From an uncultured Gemmatimonadales bacterium (GTDB taxonomy: Bacteria > Gemmatimonadota > Gemmatimonadetes > Palauibacterales > Palauibacteraceae), in contig CAWANJ010000009.1 in assembly GCA_963783385.1 (NCBI GenBank), positions 211,976 to 275,975 on the forward strand: DNA of 64,000 bases. The letters are read 5' to 3'. Of this stretch, positions 1 to 8,999 are shown one piece after another. The notes beneath the pieces were generated by a model. The model made no database searches and had not been told where the DNA came from. It was given only the letters and a program-made list of their open reading frames with translations. Position 1 is the first letter of the stretch. Every line of letters begins with the position of its first letter. The position numbers were made by a program, and so were the translations under genes.

Positions 1-285
1 GCCTACCAGGTGCTGCAGAACAACCACAATCTGCGGGTCACCGACCAGGGAGTGTTCCTGCGGAACCGCGGGCCGCTCACCATCAATGCGTCCAACCAGG
101 ACCTCAGCATGCTGCTGGTCCTCGATGGTACCCAGATCCACCGGGGCGTGCCCGACATCCTGCGCTCGATCGACGTCCACCAGATCGTGAGCATCCGCAT
201 CCTCACGGGCGGCGAGGCCGGGGGCCGTTACGGGAGTGACGGGGGCAACGGCGTGCTGATAGTCCAGACACAGCGCCGGAGCTGA
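1..285 (+). CDS. C-terminal fragment of a TonB-dependent receptor plug-domain protein (5' end outside window)
   Basis: Frame is open from base 1. Translation ...VLDGTQI...LRSIDVHQIVSIRILTGGEAGGRYGSDGGNGVLIVQT matches the plug motif vDGv...l.sI....I.sIevl.g..A...YG..g.nGVi.ItT. Confidence 0.7.
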   Translation, partial: AYQVLQNNHNLRVTDQGVFLRNRGPLTINASNQDLSMLLVLDGTQIHRGVPDILRSIDVHQIVSIRILTGGEAGGRYGSDGGNGVLIVQTQRRS

Positions 286-317
286 CGGGCACCGAGCCCT
301 CCGATCCAACCGGCCGT

Positions 318-479
318 GTGAAGACGCGCCTCGCCCTCTGCCTCGGGGAGCTGGGCGCGGCGGCCCTCTACCGGTCGTTCCTCGACGACATGACCGGAGC
401 GGGGCGCGCCCTCGGGCTCCACGTCCACCGTCTTCCCGCGTGGTACGACGTGGGCCGGCACTGGGAGTCCCTGGCGTGA
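318..479 (+). pseudogene. Internally deleted remnant of a DUF2064/TIGR04282-type glycosyltransferase-like gene (53 aa)
   Basis: Hand translation (not in ORF track): (PTGR)VKTRLALCLGELGAAALYRSFLDDMTGAGRALGLHVHRLPAWYDVGRHWESLA*. The family N-terminal PG.VKTRL...G...AA.LY motif is joined directly to a C-terminal L..L..WYDV motif. Stop TGA 477-479 overlaps the EamA GTG. Confidence 0.6.
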
Positions 480-1405
480 GCCGGGAGCCGGGCCCCCGTT
501 CGCGGGCCGGTGCGCTGCGGGCGTCCCCGGGTCTCGTGCTGGGGCTGTTCGGCGTCTCGTGGTCGGCGGTGCTCATCCGGCTCGCGGCCGTCGAGACCCC
601 GGTGGCCGTCCTGTGGCGCATCCTGTTCTCGCTGGTCCTCGTTCTCCCCCTGGCCCTGAGGGAGGCATCGCGCCGGGCTCTCGGGAGTCTCTCGGCCCGG
701 GCGTGGGGAGCGCTCGCCCTGTCGGGCGGCTGTCTGGCCGCGCACCTGCTGCTCTGGTTCGCCTCCGTCGAGAGGACGAGCGTGGCCAGCGCGACCGTGC
801 TCGTGGCCGTCACGCCCGTGTTCGTGGCGCTCCTGTCGGCGGTCTGGCTGCGCGAGCCTCCCACGGCGCGCGAGTGGGAGGGTATCGGGCTCGCCGTGAT
901 CGGGTCGGCCATCGTGGGCTGGCGAGACATCGGGGCCGGCCCGGGCGTGCTTCGGGGAGACCTGCTGGCGCTCCTGGCCGCGGGGGCTGCGGCCCTGTAC
1001 TTCGTCCTCGGGAGGAGGCTGCGCCGCCGCCTCGGCCTGTGGAGCTACGTCGCGCCGGTGTACGTCGTGGCGGCGCTGGTCAGCCTGGCCGTGGCGCGTG
1101 CAGGCGGATCGCCCCTCACCGGTTTCAGGCCGGCGGCATGGGGCTGGCTGGCCGCCATGGCGGCTGGACCCATGCTCCTGGGACACACCAGCTTCAACTG
1201 GGCGCTGGAGTACGTCAGGGCCTATGTTGTGAGCCTGGTGATGCTTCTGGAGCCCGTCACGGCGACGCTGCTGGCCGTACTGGTCCTCGGACCCGGTGAG
1301 ATGCCGCCTCCCGTGGCGGCCGCCGGCGCCGTGGCCATCCTGGCCGGCGTCGCCGTGGTGCTCCGGAGCCGGACGAGGTCCAGGAGTACGGAGGCAGCGG
1401 CGTGA
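476..1405 (+). CDS. DMT/EamA-family transporter
   Basis: About 10 hydrophobic segments in two repeats; HLLLWFASVERTSVASATVL and GHTSFNWAL...VVSLVMLLEPV motifs. GTG 476 with GGAG at 464-467 preferred over the ORF-track start at 440. Confidence 0.9.
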   Translation: MSREPGPRSRAGALRASPGLVLGLFGVSWSAVLIRLAAVETPVAVLWRILFSLVLVLPLALREASRRALGSLSARAWGALALSGGCLAAHLLLWFASVERTSVASATVLVAVTPVFVALLSAVWLREPPTAREWEGIGLAVIGSAIVGWRDIGAGPGVLRGDLLALLAAGAAALYFVLGRRLRRRLGLWSYVAPVYVVAALVSLAVARAGGSPLTGFRPAAWGWLAAMAAGPMLLGHTSFNWALEYVRAYVVSLVMLLEPVTATLLAVLVLGPGEMPPPVAAAGAVAILAGVAVVLRSRTRSRSTEAAA

Positions 1406-2424
1406 GCGAGGCGGGCGGACGGGTCCGCGTGTCGCGGGGGGACGAGACCGAGTCGATCCACCGGGTCGACGCGGTGGTGGTCGGACGGAGCCCGGGCGAG
1501 GAGGTCCGGTTCGGGGACCCGGACCACCTCGCCTTCTGGCGCTCGGCGTTCAAGCCGTTCCAGGCCCTGCCCCTGGTGGAGGATGGCGTGGCCGCGGTGC
1601 TGGGCTGGGGCCCCCGCGAGCTCGCCCTGGCCGCCGCGTCCCACTCCGGGACGCCCGCGCACGTCCAGCTGGCGGCCGCCATGCTCGCCGACGCCGGCCT
1701 GTCCCCGGGAGACCTGGAGTGCGGTGCCCACCCGCCCTACGACCGGGAGTCGGCGGAAGCCGTGCTGCGCGAAGGGGCGGGGTACACGCCGCTCCACAAC
1801 AATTGCTCCGGCAAGCACGCCGGCATGCTGGCCCTGGCCGTGCACCACGGTTGGCCGACGGCGGGCTACATCGAGGCGGGGCACCCCGTCCAGGCACGCA
1901 TCCGCGAGGGACTGGACCGGTGGCTGGATGTCGATCCGGATTCGTTGGAGTGGGCCCGCGACGGCTGCGGCGTACCGACGGCGTATCTCAGCCTGCGCCA
2001 GATGGCCCGGGCGTACGCGCGACTCGGCCGGGCCGCGGAGGCGGGCGAGGAGGCGCCGCAGGCTATTGTCGGTGCGATGAGGGCGCACCCGGACCTTGTC
2101 GCCGGCCCGGGGCGGTCGGTCACGCGGATCATGCAGGACACGGCGGGACGCCTGCTGGCGAAAGAGGGAGCCGAGGGGGTGTTCTGCGTGGCGGCTCCGG
2201 CCGAGGGATGGGGCCTGGCGCTCAAGGTCGTCGATGGGGCGACGCGGGCCGCCGGGCCGGCGCTCGTGGAGATCCTCTCGTCGCTGGGGTTGTTGTCGGC
2301 GTCGGAGCTCGACCGCCTGGTCGATGTCGGCTGTCCGTCCGTGCGCAACGTGATGGGGGTGGAGGTCGGGCTCATCACGGCCCACATGCATGGGACGGTG
2401 GCGCCCGTGGCCGGAGGGCCGTGA
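1402..2424 (+). CDS. L-asparaginase II (Rhizobium etli AnsA-like, class 3)
   Basis: RSAFKPFQA, ASHSG, HNNCSGKHAGML, DGCG and AKEGAEG motifs; GTGA overlap with the EamA gene. Confidence 0.9.
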   Translation: MSEAGGRVRVSRGDETESIHRVDAVVVGRSPGEEVRFGDPDHLAFWRSAFKPFQALPLVEDGVAAVLGWGPRELALAAASHSGTPAHVQLAAAMLADAGLSPGDLECGAHPPYDRESAEAVLREGAGYTPLHNNCSGKHAGMLALAVHHGWPTAGYIEAGHPVQARIREGLDRWLDVDPDSLEWARDGCGVPTAYLSLRQMARAYARLGRAAEAGEEAPQAIVGAMRAHPDLVAGPGRSVTRIMQDTAGRLLAKEGAEGVFCVAAPAEGWGLALKVVDGATRAAGPALVEILSSLGLLSASELDRLVDVGCPSVRNVMGVEVGLITAHMHGTVAPVAGGP

Positions 2425-3086
2425 CGGGCGCGAGTGGATCGGACTCGGGCGAGAGCGTCCTCGTGGAGATCTCGGCGGCCCTCGGCGCGGGGGGCGGACC
2501 GCAGCTCGAGAAAGTCCTGGCTCGGGCCCGGGACGCCGTGGTTGCGGGGGAGCTCGAGGCTCGGGCGGTCGAGGAAGGGCTTCTCCAGGCTTACCTGTTC
2601 GTGGGCTTCCCGGGCGTGCTCGAGGCCTTCTCCGCCTGGCGCGGAGCCGTGCCGGACGAGGGGCGCCCGGCCGAGTCGGACGGGGATACGGGGAACCGGG
2701 AGGCCCGGCATGAGGAGCGGGGGCGCCGGGTGTGCCGGGCCGTGTACGGGTCCGCCTACGATCGCCTCCGGGCCAATGTCCGCCGGCTGCACCCGGACCT
2801 CGACCGATGGATGATCCGCGAAGGCTACGGGAAGGTGCTCGGGCGTCCGGGCCTCGATCTGGCGGAGCGCGAGCTGTGCATCGTGGCGCTGCTCGCCGCC
2901 GCGGGCAGGGGCCCGCAGCTCCATTCTCACCTGCGTGGCGCGCTTCGCAACGGGGCCGGGGCCGCCCGGACGAGGGCCGCGCTCGAGGCGGGTCTGGCCC
3001 GGCTCGTCGATCCGGCCAGGCGCGACGAGCTCGAGTCCCTGTGGGATCGAGTGCTGCGCTCGGCCCGGGGGGACGGCGACGTGTGA
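2421..3086 (+). CDS. Carboxymuconolactone decarboxylase/AhpD-like family protein (no CxxC)
   Basis: C-terminal part of ORF 1296..3086: YGKVLGRPGLDLAERELCIVALLAAAGRGPQLHSHLRGALRNG, plus a degenerate first repeat LQAYLFVGFP. GTG 2421 overlaps the asparaginase stop. Confidence 0.8.
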   Translation: MTGASGSDSGESVLVEISAALGAGGGPQLEKVLARARDAVVAGELEARAVEEGLLQAYLFVGFPGVLEAFSAWRGAVPDEGRPAESDGDTGNREARHEERGRRVCRAVYGSAYDRLRANVRRLHPDLDRWMIREGYGKVLGRPGLDLAERELCIVALLAAAGRGPQLHSHLRGALRNGAGAARTRAALEAGLARLVDPARRDELESLWDRVLRSARGDGDV

Positions 3087-3159
3087 GCGCGGCGCGGAAG
3101 TCCGTCGGAGCGTGGCTCCGCCGGGCCGGCGTCCGCCGGGCCCGTCGATCCGTGGCCTC

Positions 3160-3215
3160 TCGTGTATCACATGATATCAATACATTGAACATACGGTATG
3201 ACATGCTCGTAGAAC
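3160..3215. promoter_or_regulatory. AT-rich promoter/operator patch upstream of obgE
   Basis: Strongly AT-rich for this genome. Inverted repeats TATCA-CA-TGATA (3165-3176) and CATAC-G-GTATG (3190-3200); -35-like TTGAAC at 3185-3190. Confidence 0.5.
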
Positions 3216-3234
3216 GGACCAAAGATCGTCTCGT

Positions 3235-4281
3235 ATGACCTTCGTCGACCGGACCGAGATCGAGGTCGAGGCGGGGAGCGGCGGGGACGGCGCGCTCGCC
3301 TTCCGGCGCGAGAAGGGCGTGCCGCGCGGCGGGCCGGCCGGAGGGGACGGCGGGCGCGGGGGCGACGTCGTGCTGGTCGCCGACCCCAACCTGGACACCC
3401 TGCTCGACTACCGATACCGGAGCGTGTACCGGGCGGGGCGGGGCGGCAACGGAGGGGGGAGCCGTCGAACGGGAGCCGACGGCGACGAGCTCGTCCTGCC
3501 GGTGCCCCCGGGGACCGTGGCCGTGGACGCCGCATCCGGACGCAGGCTCCGCGAGCTGCTCGAGGAGGGGGACCGGCTCGTCGTGGCCCGCGGTGGGCGC
3601 GGAGGGCGGGGCAACGCGGCCTTCGCCACCGCCACGCGGCAGGCGCCGCGGCGACACGAGGAGGGAGAGCCGGGCGAGAGCCTGCGGGTGGTGCTCGAGC
3701 TCAAGCTGATCGCCGACGTGGGACTGGTGGGTCAGCCGAACGCGGGCAAGTCGACGCTGTTGTCGCGTCTGTCGGCGGCCCGCCCGAAGGTGGCGTCGTA
3801 TCCGTTCACCACCCTGCAGCCGGGGCTGGGCGTGGTGGCGCTGTCGGGCGAGCGCTCCTTCGTCATGGCCGACATCCCGGGGCTCATCGAGGGCGCCCAC
3901 GAGGGCCGGGGCCTCGGAACCCGGTTCCTCAGGCACGTGGAGCGTACGCGGACGCTCGCCTTCCTGGTCCCGGTGGACGACCCTGACCCGGCGACGACGT
4001 ACGAGCTGCTGCGGGCCGAGCTCCGCGGCCACGACGCGGCCCTCACGCGGCTGCCGCACTGCGTTGTCCTCAGCAAGGCGGACCTCCTGGCTCCCGGGGA
4101 GGAGCCGCCCGCGCTCGAGGCGCCGGACGCCTGGGGCATGTTCACGGTCTCCGCGGTCAGCGGGCGCGGCCTCGACCGTCTGGCCGAGGCCCTGTGGGAG
4201 CGGGTCCGAGAGGAGAAGGAGCGTGCCAGTGCCCGCCGGGGCGAGGAACCCTTCCCGGAGCTCGAGGAGTGGACGCCCTAG
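3235..4281 (+). CDS. obgE: GTPase ObgE/CgtA
   Basis: Gly-rich Obg fold (GGPAGGDGGRGG), G1 GQPNAGKST, G2 YPFTT, G3 DIPG, G4 SKAD. Confidence 0.97.
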   Translation: MTFVDRTEIEVEAGSGGDGALAFRREKGVPRGGPAGGDGGRGGDVVLVADPNLDTLLDYRYRSVYRAGRGGNGGGSRRTGADGDELVLPVPPGTVAVDAASGRRLRELLEEGDRLVVARGGRGGRGNAAFATATRQAPRRHEEGEPGESLRVVLELKLIADVGLVGQPNAGKSTLLSRLSAARPKVASYPFTTLQPGLGVVALSGERSFVMADIPGLIEGAHEGRGLGTRFLRHVERTRTLAFLVPVDDPDPATTYELLRAELRGHDAALTRLPHCVVLSKADLLAPGEEPPALEAPDAWGMFTVSAVSGRGLDRLAEALWERVREEKERASARRGEEPFPELEEWTP

Positions 4282-5482
4282 GCGTGGTCGGCCGCCCGAG
4301 CGCGGGCGGGTCCGACCGCGCCGAGCGGGCCGAGCTGTGCGCTGCCCTGGCGCTGGCCGGGGTGGAGGGTCTCGGTCCGGCGGGCGCGCGGCGCCTCCTC
4401 GACCTGCACGGCTCTCCCCGGGCCGTGCTGACGAGGGCCGGGGGGCCGGGGAGCCTCGATCCGGACCCCCCGCCGGGCCTTCGGCGTCCGGGGCGTCGCG
4501 TGGAGGAGCGGCTGCGGCGTGTCCGGTCCGTGCCCGAGACACGCCTCCACGAGCTCGACGCGGCCGGCATTCGCGTGGTCCGCTACGGCGGACCCGGCTA
4601 TCCGCCCATCCTGGGCGACCTTCACCATCCGCCCATCGTCCTCTACCTCCAGGGACCGCTGCCCCTCCCCGTGGAACGGGCGGTCGCCGTGGTGGGAACC
4701 CGGCGCGCCACGGAGTATGGGCGGAGGCTGGCCCGGGACCTGGCGGGCGATCTCGCCGCGTCGGGCGTGTGCGTCGTGAGCGGCATGGCCCGGGGGATCG
4801 ACGGTGCGGCCCACCGGGCCGCGCTGGACGCCGGGGGACCCACGGCCGGGGTCGTGGCCGGCGGTCTCGACGTGGAGTACCCGGCCGCCCACAGGTCCCT
4901 GTTCGCCGCCATGCGCGAGCGTGGCGTGCTGGCCAGCGAGTTTCCGCCCGGCACCCGTCCGGAGGCGGGCCTGTTCCCCCGCCGGAACCGCATCATCGCG
5001 GCTCTGGGCCGGGTCACGGTGGTCGTCCAGGCCGGCCGCCCCAGCGGAGCGCTCATCACCGCATCGCATGCGCTGGAGCTGGGGCGGGAGGTGGGCGCGG
5101 TTCCCGGCCCGGTGGGGCCCGAGGCCAGCGCGGGCGTCCACGCGTTGCTGCGTGATGGGGCGGCGGTGGTGACGTCGGCGGCCGACGTGCTGGAGCTGCT
5201 CGACGGGCTCGGGGGCGCGGCTCGGGTCGGGGGGCTCGCTGCGTCGACCCGGACGCGCTCCCCGGGGCCGGGGCGCTTCCCGATGCCGACCGCGCGCCGG
5301 CCGGGCGCGTGTGGGCGGCGGTATCGGAGGGGCCGTGCCCCGGCGACGTTCTGGCAGAGCGATCCGGGCTGCCGCATCCGGCGGCTCGCGCGCTCCTGGA
5401 TCGCCTCGAGTTGGCCGGGATCCTCGGGGCGCTGCCGGGCGATCGGTACGAGCGTCGACGCTTCCGGACGGAGGCGAGGTGA
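4269..5482 (+). CDS. dprA: DNA-processing protein DprA (Smf); frameshifted near 5210-5250
   Basis: VAVVGTRRAT, VVSGMARGIDGAAH and FPRRNRII motifs in one frame. The C-terminal winged helix (VLAERSGLPHPAARALLDRLELAG...PGDRYERR*) is in another frame ending TGA 5480-5482, which overlaps the hemW GTG. Confidence 0.9.
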
Positions 5483-6765
5483 GCCCTTCGGTCCACGCCG
5501 TTCCGCTGCTGCCGCCGGCCGGGGAGCGCCCGGCTCTCCCGCCGCTGCGCGGTGTGGCGGCGCCTCGATCGGTCTATGTGCACGTGCCCTTCTGTCGCCA
5601 CCGGTGCGACTACTGCGCCTTCTCGGTGGCGCGCGCCGCCGCGCCCCCCGTCGAGGCCTGGTTGGACGCCGTGCGGCGAGAGCTGGAACTCTGGTTCGAA
5701 GTGGCCGGATGGACGGACCGGATCGAGCTGGACACGATCTACGTGGGCGGAGGCACGCCCTCGCTACTGGGGTGCGCCGGCATGGAGCGGCTCGCCGTCC
5801 TCCTGGGGGAGCGCTTCCGCTGGGACCCGGCCACGGTGGAATGGACGGCCGAGGCCAACCCCACGTCCCTGCACGTGGACGTGGCCCGGAAGTGGCGGGA
5901 CGTGGGCGTCAACCGGCTCAGCCTGGGCGTACAGGCGTTCGACGACGAGGTGCTGGCCTGGCTGGGCCGCGAGCACGACGCCGCCGGGGCCCGGCGCGCC
6001 GTCGAGCGAGGTCGGGCGGCGGGATTCGAGAATCTGAACGTGGATCTCCTGTTCGGCCTTCCCGAGGACATCCCCCGGACGTGGCGCCGTGAGGTGGTGG
6101 AGGCGCGGGACCTGGGGGTGGGTCACCTGAGCCTGTACGGGCTCTCGGCGGAGCCCCGCACGCCCCTGGGCCGCCGCGTGGAGCTGGGGCGCACCCTGAT
6201 GCCGGGGGACGAACCGTACGCCCGGGACTACCTGGTGGCCGTCGATGTCCTCTCCGACGTGGGCTACGTTCACTACGAGGTGTCCAACTTCGCTCGCCCG
6301 GGACTCGAGTGCCGCCACAACTGGTGCTACTGGGACGGCGCGGCGTACCTTGGTCTCGGCCCTTCGGCCCATACGTTTCTCCCACCGTATCGGATCTGGA
6401 ACGTGTTCCGCTGGGACGCGTATCGTAGGGCGGTGACCAGCGTGGCCGCGACCAAGGCCGTCCCGATCGGGACGGGCGGAGGCGCGGCCTCGCTGCGCGA
6501 GGGATGGGAGGAGGTCCGGGGCCATCTGGCGCGGCTGGAACGGTTGTGGCTCGGTCTGCGGACGCGCCGCGGACTCTCCCGGGCCGACCCGGCCTGGCGA
6601 TCGGCGGCGAGCGGGTCCGGCGATCGATTGGCCCGCTGGATGCGGGCGGGCTGGGTCCGCGAGGTGGACGATCGGCATGGCCGGAGGATTCGTCTGACGC
6701 CCACGGGGTGGATGCGCATGGACGAGCTGGTGACACGGCTCGCCGGAGAACGACGGGAACGCTGA
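5479..6765 (+). CDS. hemW: Radical-SAM heme chaperone HemW (HemN-like)
   Basis: YVHVPFCRHRCDYC (CxxxCxxC), TIYVGGGTPS, EANP, NRLSLGVQ and YEVSNF motifs; located directly before hrcA. Confidence 0.88.
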   Translation: MSPSVHAVPLLPPAGERPALPPLRGVAAPRSVYVHVPFCRHRCDYCAFSVARAAAPPVEAWLDAVRRELELWFEVAGWTDRIELDTIYVGGGTPSLLGCAGMERLAVLLGERFRWDPATVEWTAEANPTSLHVDVARKWRDVGVNRLSLGVQAFDDEVLAWLGREHDAAGARRAVERGRAAGFENLNVDLLFGLPEDIPRTWRREVVEARDLGVGHLSLYGLSAEPRTPLGRRVELGRTLMPGDEPYARDYLVAVDVLSDVGYVHYEVSNFARPGLECRHNWCYWDGAAYLGLGPSAHTFLPPYRIWNVFRWDAYRRAVTSVAATKAVPIGTGGGAASLREGWEEVRGHLARLERLWLGLRTRRGLSRADPAWRSAASGSGDRLARWMRAGWVREVDDRHGRRIRLTPTGWMRMDELVTRLAGERRER

Positions 6766-7811
6766 TGGAGGAGAAGCTCACCGAACGGGAGCGCGCGGTG
6801 CTCCTGGCCGTCATCCAGTCCTACGTACTCACGGCCGAGCCCACCGGCTCGCGTGTCGTGGCGCGGGACTGCGGCCTCGGCGTGTCCCCCGCCACCGTGC
6901 GCAACACCATGGCGGACCTGGAGGAGAAGGGGCTTCTCACCCATCCACATCCGTCCGCCGGCCGGCTTCCGACGGACCGCGCGTACCGCTACTACGTGGA
7001 TGGCTTCATGGCGCGTCGACCCCTGTCGGAGAAGGAGCGGGACCGGATCCGACAGGAGCTGGCCGCCAGCGCGGAGGTGGGCGCCATCGACGAGCTCGTG
7101 GGCCGGGCCGCCCGGGTGCTGAGCCTCCTCACCGGAGAGCTCGGCCTGGCGGTGGGCCCGGCGCTGGCCTCCGCGGTGCTGCAGCGCCTGGAGCTGGTGC
7201 CGGTCGACTCGGAGAAGGCGCTCCTCGTGCTCACGCTCGAGTCGGGCCTCGTCCGGACCCTGTACGTGGACCTGCCCACGCGGCTGCCCCGGGAGAGCCT
7301 GTCCGCCGTGGCCACCGCGCTCAACGAGCGGCTGGCCGGGACGACCCTGGAGGAGATCCGCGACGAGCTGACCGAACGACTCCGCGACCTGCCGATCGAC
7401 CATCCGGCCGCACGCCAGCTGGTGAACATCTTCGTGGGATCGGGGCCGGAGATTTTCGACTGGGCGGTGCAGGGAAGGGACGTTCATCTGGGGAGCGCCG
7501 CGGCGCTGGCGGAGCAACCCGAGTTCACGACCGGCGACCGGCTGCGGGCGCTCATCGAGCTCACCGAGCGGCGTGAGCTCCTGGCCTCGATCCTGGGGGA
7601 GCGCCTCAAGGCCGGCGAGCCCCAGGTGACCATCGGGGCGGAGCACAGCACGCCCGAGCTCAGCGAGCTCACGATCGTGACGGCGCCGTACTCGATCGGC
7701 GCGCTCCACGGCGTGGTCGGTGTGATCGGACCCACGCGCATGGCGTACGAGAAGATCGTGTCCGTCGTGGACACGACGTCGTCGCTCGTCTCCAGCCTCG
7801 CGAGGCGCTGA
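6765..7811 (+). CDS. hrcA: Heat-inducible transcription repressor HrcA
   Basis: LTERERAVL...EPTGSR...VSPATVRNTMADLEEKGLL.HPHPSAGRLPT..AYRYYVD and GVIGPTRMAY; TGATG overlap with hemW. Confidence 0.95.
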   Translation: MEEKLTERERAVLLAVIQSYVLTAEPTGSRVVARDCGLGVSPATVRNTMADLEEKGLLTHPHPSAGRLPTDRAYRYYVDGFMARRPLSEKERDRIRQELAASAEVGAIDELVGRAARVLSLLTGELGLAVGPALASAVLQRLELVPVDSEKALLVLTLESGLVRTLYVDLPTRLPRESLSAVATALNERLAGTTLEEIRDELTERLRDLPIDHPAARQLVNIFVGSGPEIFDWAVQGRDVHLGSAAALAEQPEFTTGDRLRALIELTERRELLASILGERLKAGEPQVTIGAEHSTPELSELTIVTAPYSIGALHGVVGVIGPTRMAYEKIVSVVDTTSSLVSSLARR

Positions 7812-7813
7812 CG

Positions 7814-8977
7814 ATGGCCAGGGACTACTACGACATCCTGGGAGTCTCCCGGGACGCCGACGAACAGGAGATCAAGAAGGCGTACCGGAAGCTGGCCATG
7901 AAGTACCATCCGGACCGCAACGACGCGCCGGAGGCCGAGGATCGCTTCAAGGAGGTCACCGAGGCGTACGAGGTACTGCGGGATCCCGAGCAGCGGGCCC
8001 GCTACGACCGCTTCGGCGAGGCGGGCGTGGGTCGAGGAGGAGGCCCGGGAGCGGGCGGCTTCGGCGGCGCCTTCGACCTGGGGGATGCCTTCGAGCTGTT
8101 CATGCGCGAATTCGGGGGCATGGGCGGCGCGTTCGGCGACATGTTCGGCGGCGGGCGCCGGCGGGGGGGACGCACGGGCCCCCGGCGAGGCAGCGACATC
8201 AGGGTCCGGCTGTCGATCGAGCTGGCCGAGGCGGCCCGTGGCGTCGAGAAGACGCTGCGCCTGAAGATCCTCGACCCGTGCGAGCGCTGCGACGGCACCG
8301 GCGCCGAGCCGGGCACCTCCCCGGAGACGTGCCCCACCTGTGGGGGGGCCGGCGAGGTGCGCCAGGTCCAGCGCTCGATGCTGGGCCAGCTGGTGAGCGT
8401 ACGACCATGTCCCGACTGCGGCGGTGAGGGCGTGCGCATCGCCAGCCGGTGCGAGGCGTGCCGCGGGGATGGCCGGGTGCGGGAGGAGCGCACGATCAAG
8501 GTCGACGTTCCGGCCGGGGTCTCGTCCGACGACGTGCTCAAGCTGAGCGGTCGGGGCAACGCCGGCCCGCGCGGCGGAGGGCGTGGCGACGTGCTGGTCG
8601 TCATCGACGTCGAGGCGGATCCCCGGTTTGAGCGCCGTGGGGACGACCTTCTGATGGACCTGCCGGTCACCTTCAGCCAGGCGGCACTCGGGGCCGAGAT
8701 CGAGGTCCCGACGATCGAGGGCACGGAGACGGTCTCCGTACCGGCCGGGATCCAGGGCGGTCAGGCCATCCGGCTGCGGGGTCGTGGCATGCCGCGGCTT
8801 CGCGCCTCGGGCCGCGGCGACCAGATCGTGCGGGTGCGCGTGTGGACGCCGGTCGACCTGAGCCGGGAGCAGCGCGAGGCCCTGGAGCGGCTGGCCGAGA
8901 CCGAGTCCGAGCCTCCCGCCCCCGACCACAGGGAGCCGGGCTTCTGGGAGCGGGTCAAGCAAGCGTTCACCGCGTAG
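7814..8977 (+). CDS. dnaJ: Chaperone DnaJ
   Basis: J-domain with HPD, G/F-rich linker, four CxxCxGxG zinc repeats and C-terminal domain. Confidence 0.97.
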   Translation: MARDYYDILGVSRDADEQEIKKAYRKLAMKYHPDRNDAPEAEDRFKEVTEAYEVLRDPEQRARYDRFGEAGVGRGGGPGAGGFGGAFDLGDAFELFMREFGGMGGAFGDMFGGGRRRGGRTGPRRGSDIRVRLSIELAEAARGVEKTLRLKILDPCERCDGTGAEPGTSPETCPTCGGAGEVRQVQRSMLGQLVSVRPCPDCGGEGVRIASRCEACRGDGRVREERTIKVDVPAGVSSDDVLKLSGRGNAGPRGGGRGDVLVVIDVEADPRFERRGDDLLMDLPVTFSQAALGAEIEVPTIEGTETVSVPAGIQGGQAIRLRGRGMPRLRASGRGDQIVRVRVWTPVDLSREQREALERLAETESEPPAPDHREPGFWERVKQAFTA

Positions 8978-8999
8978 GGCGGCGCGGGCGAGGTGGGAA

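Noticed and set aside
3083-3238. 51-aa ORF overlapping the CMD stop (GTGA) and the obgE start (ATGA)
   Set aside because: The double overlap is curious, but the second half runs through the AT-rich patch with codon usage unlike real genes here, and there is no motif; better explained as promoter DNA.
3226-3240. CTCGTATG resembling part of an Illumina adapter
   Set aside because: Only 8 bases match, and the ATG is the genuine obgE start (MTFVD).
1222-4542. 1106-aa minus-strand ORF, and similar long antisense or alternate-frame ORFs (16020..19628, 21768..24308, 38617..40476, 43138..45339, 61931..63994)
   Set aside because: They overlap well-supported genes, are Arg/Pro/Gly/Ala-rich and lack motifs; expected from stop-codon scarcity at high GC3.
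6700-7830. Expected CIRCE element near hrcA/dnaJ
   Set aside because: No TT(A/G)GCACTC-N9-GAGTGC(T/C)AA match seen by eye; partial GGCACTC hits (inside dnaJ and gnd) lack the second half-site.
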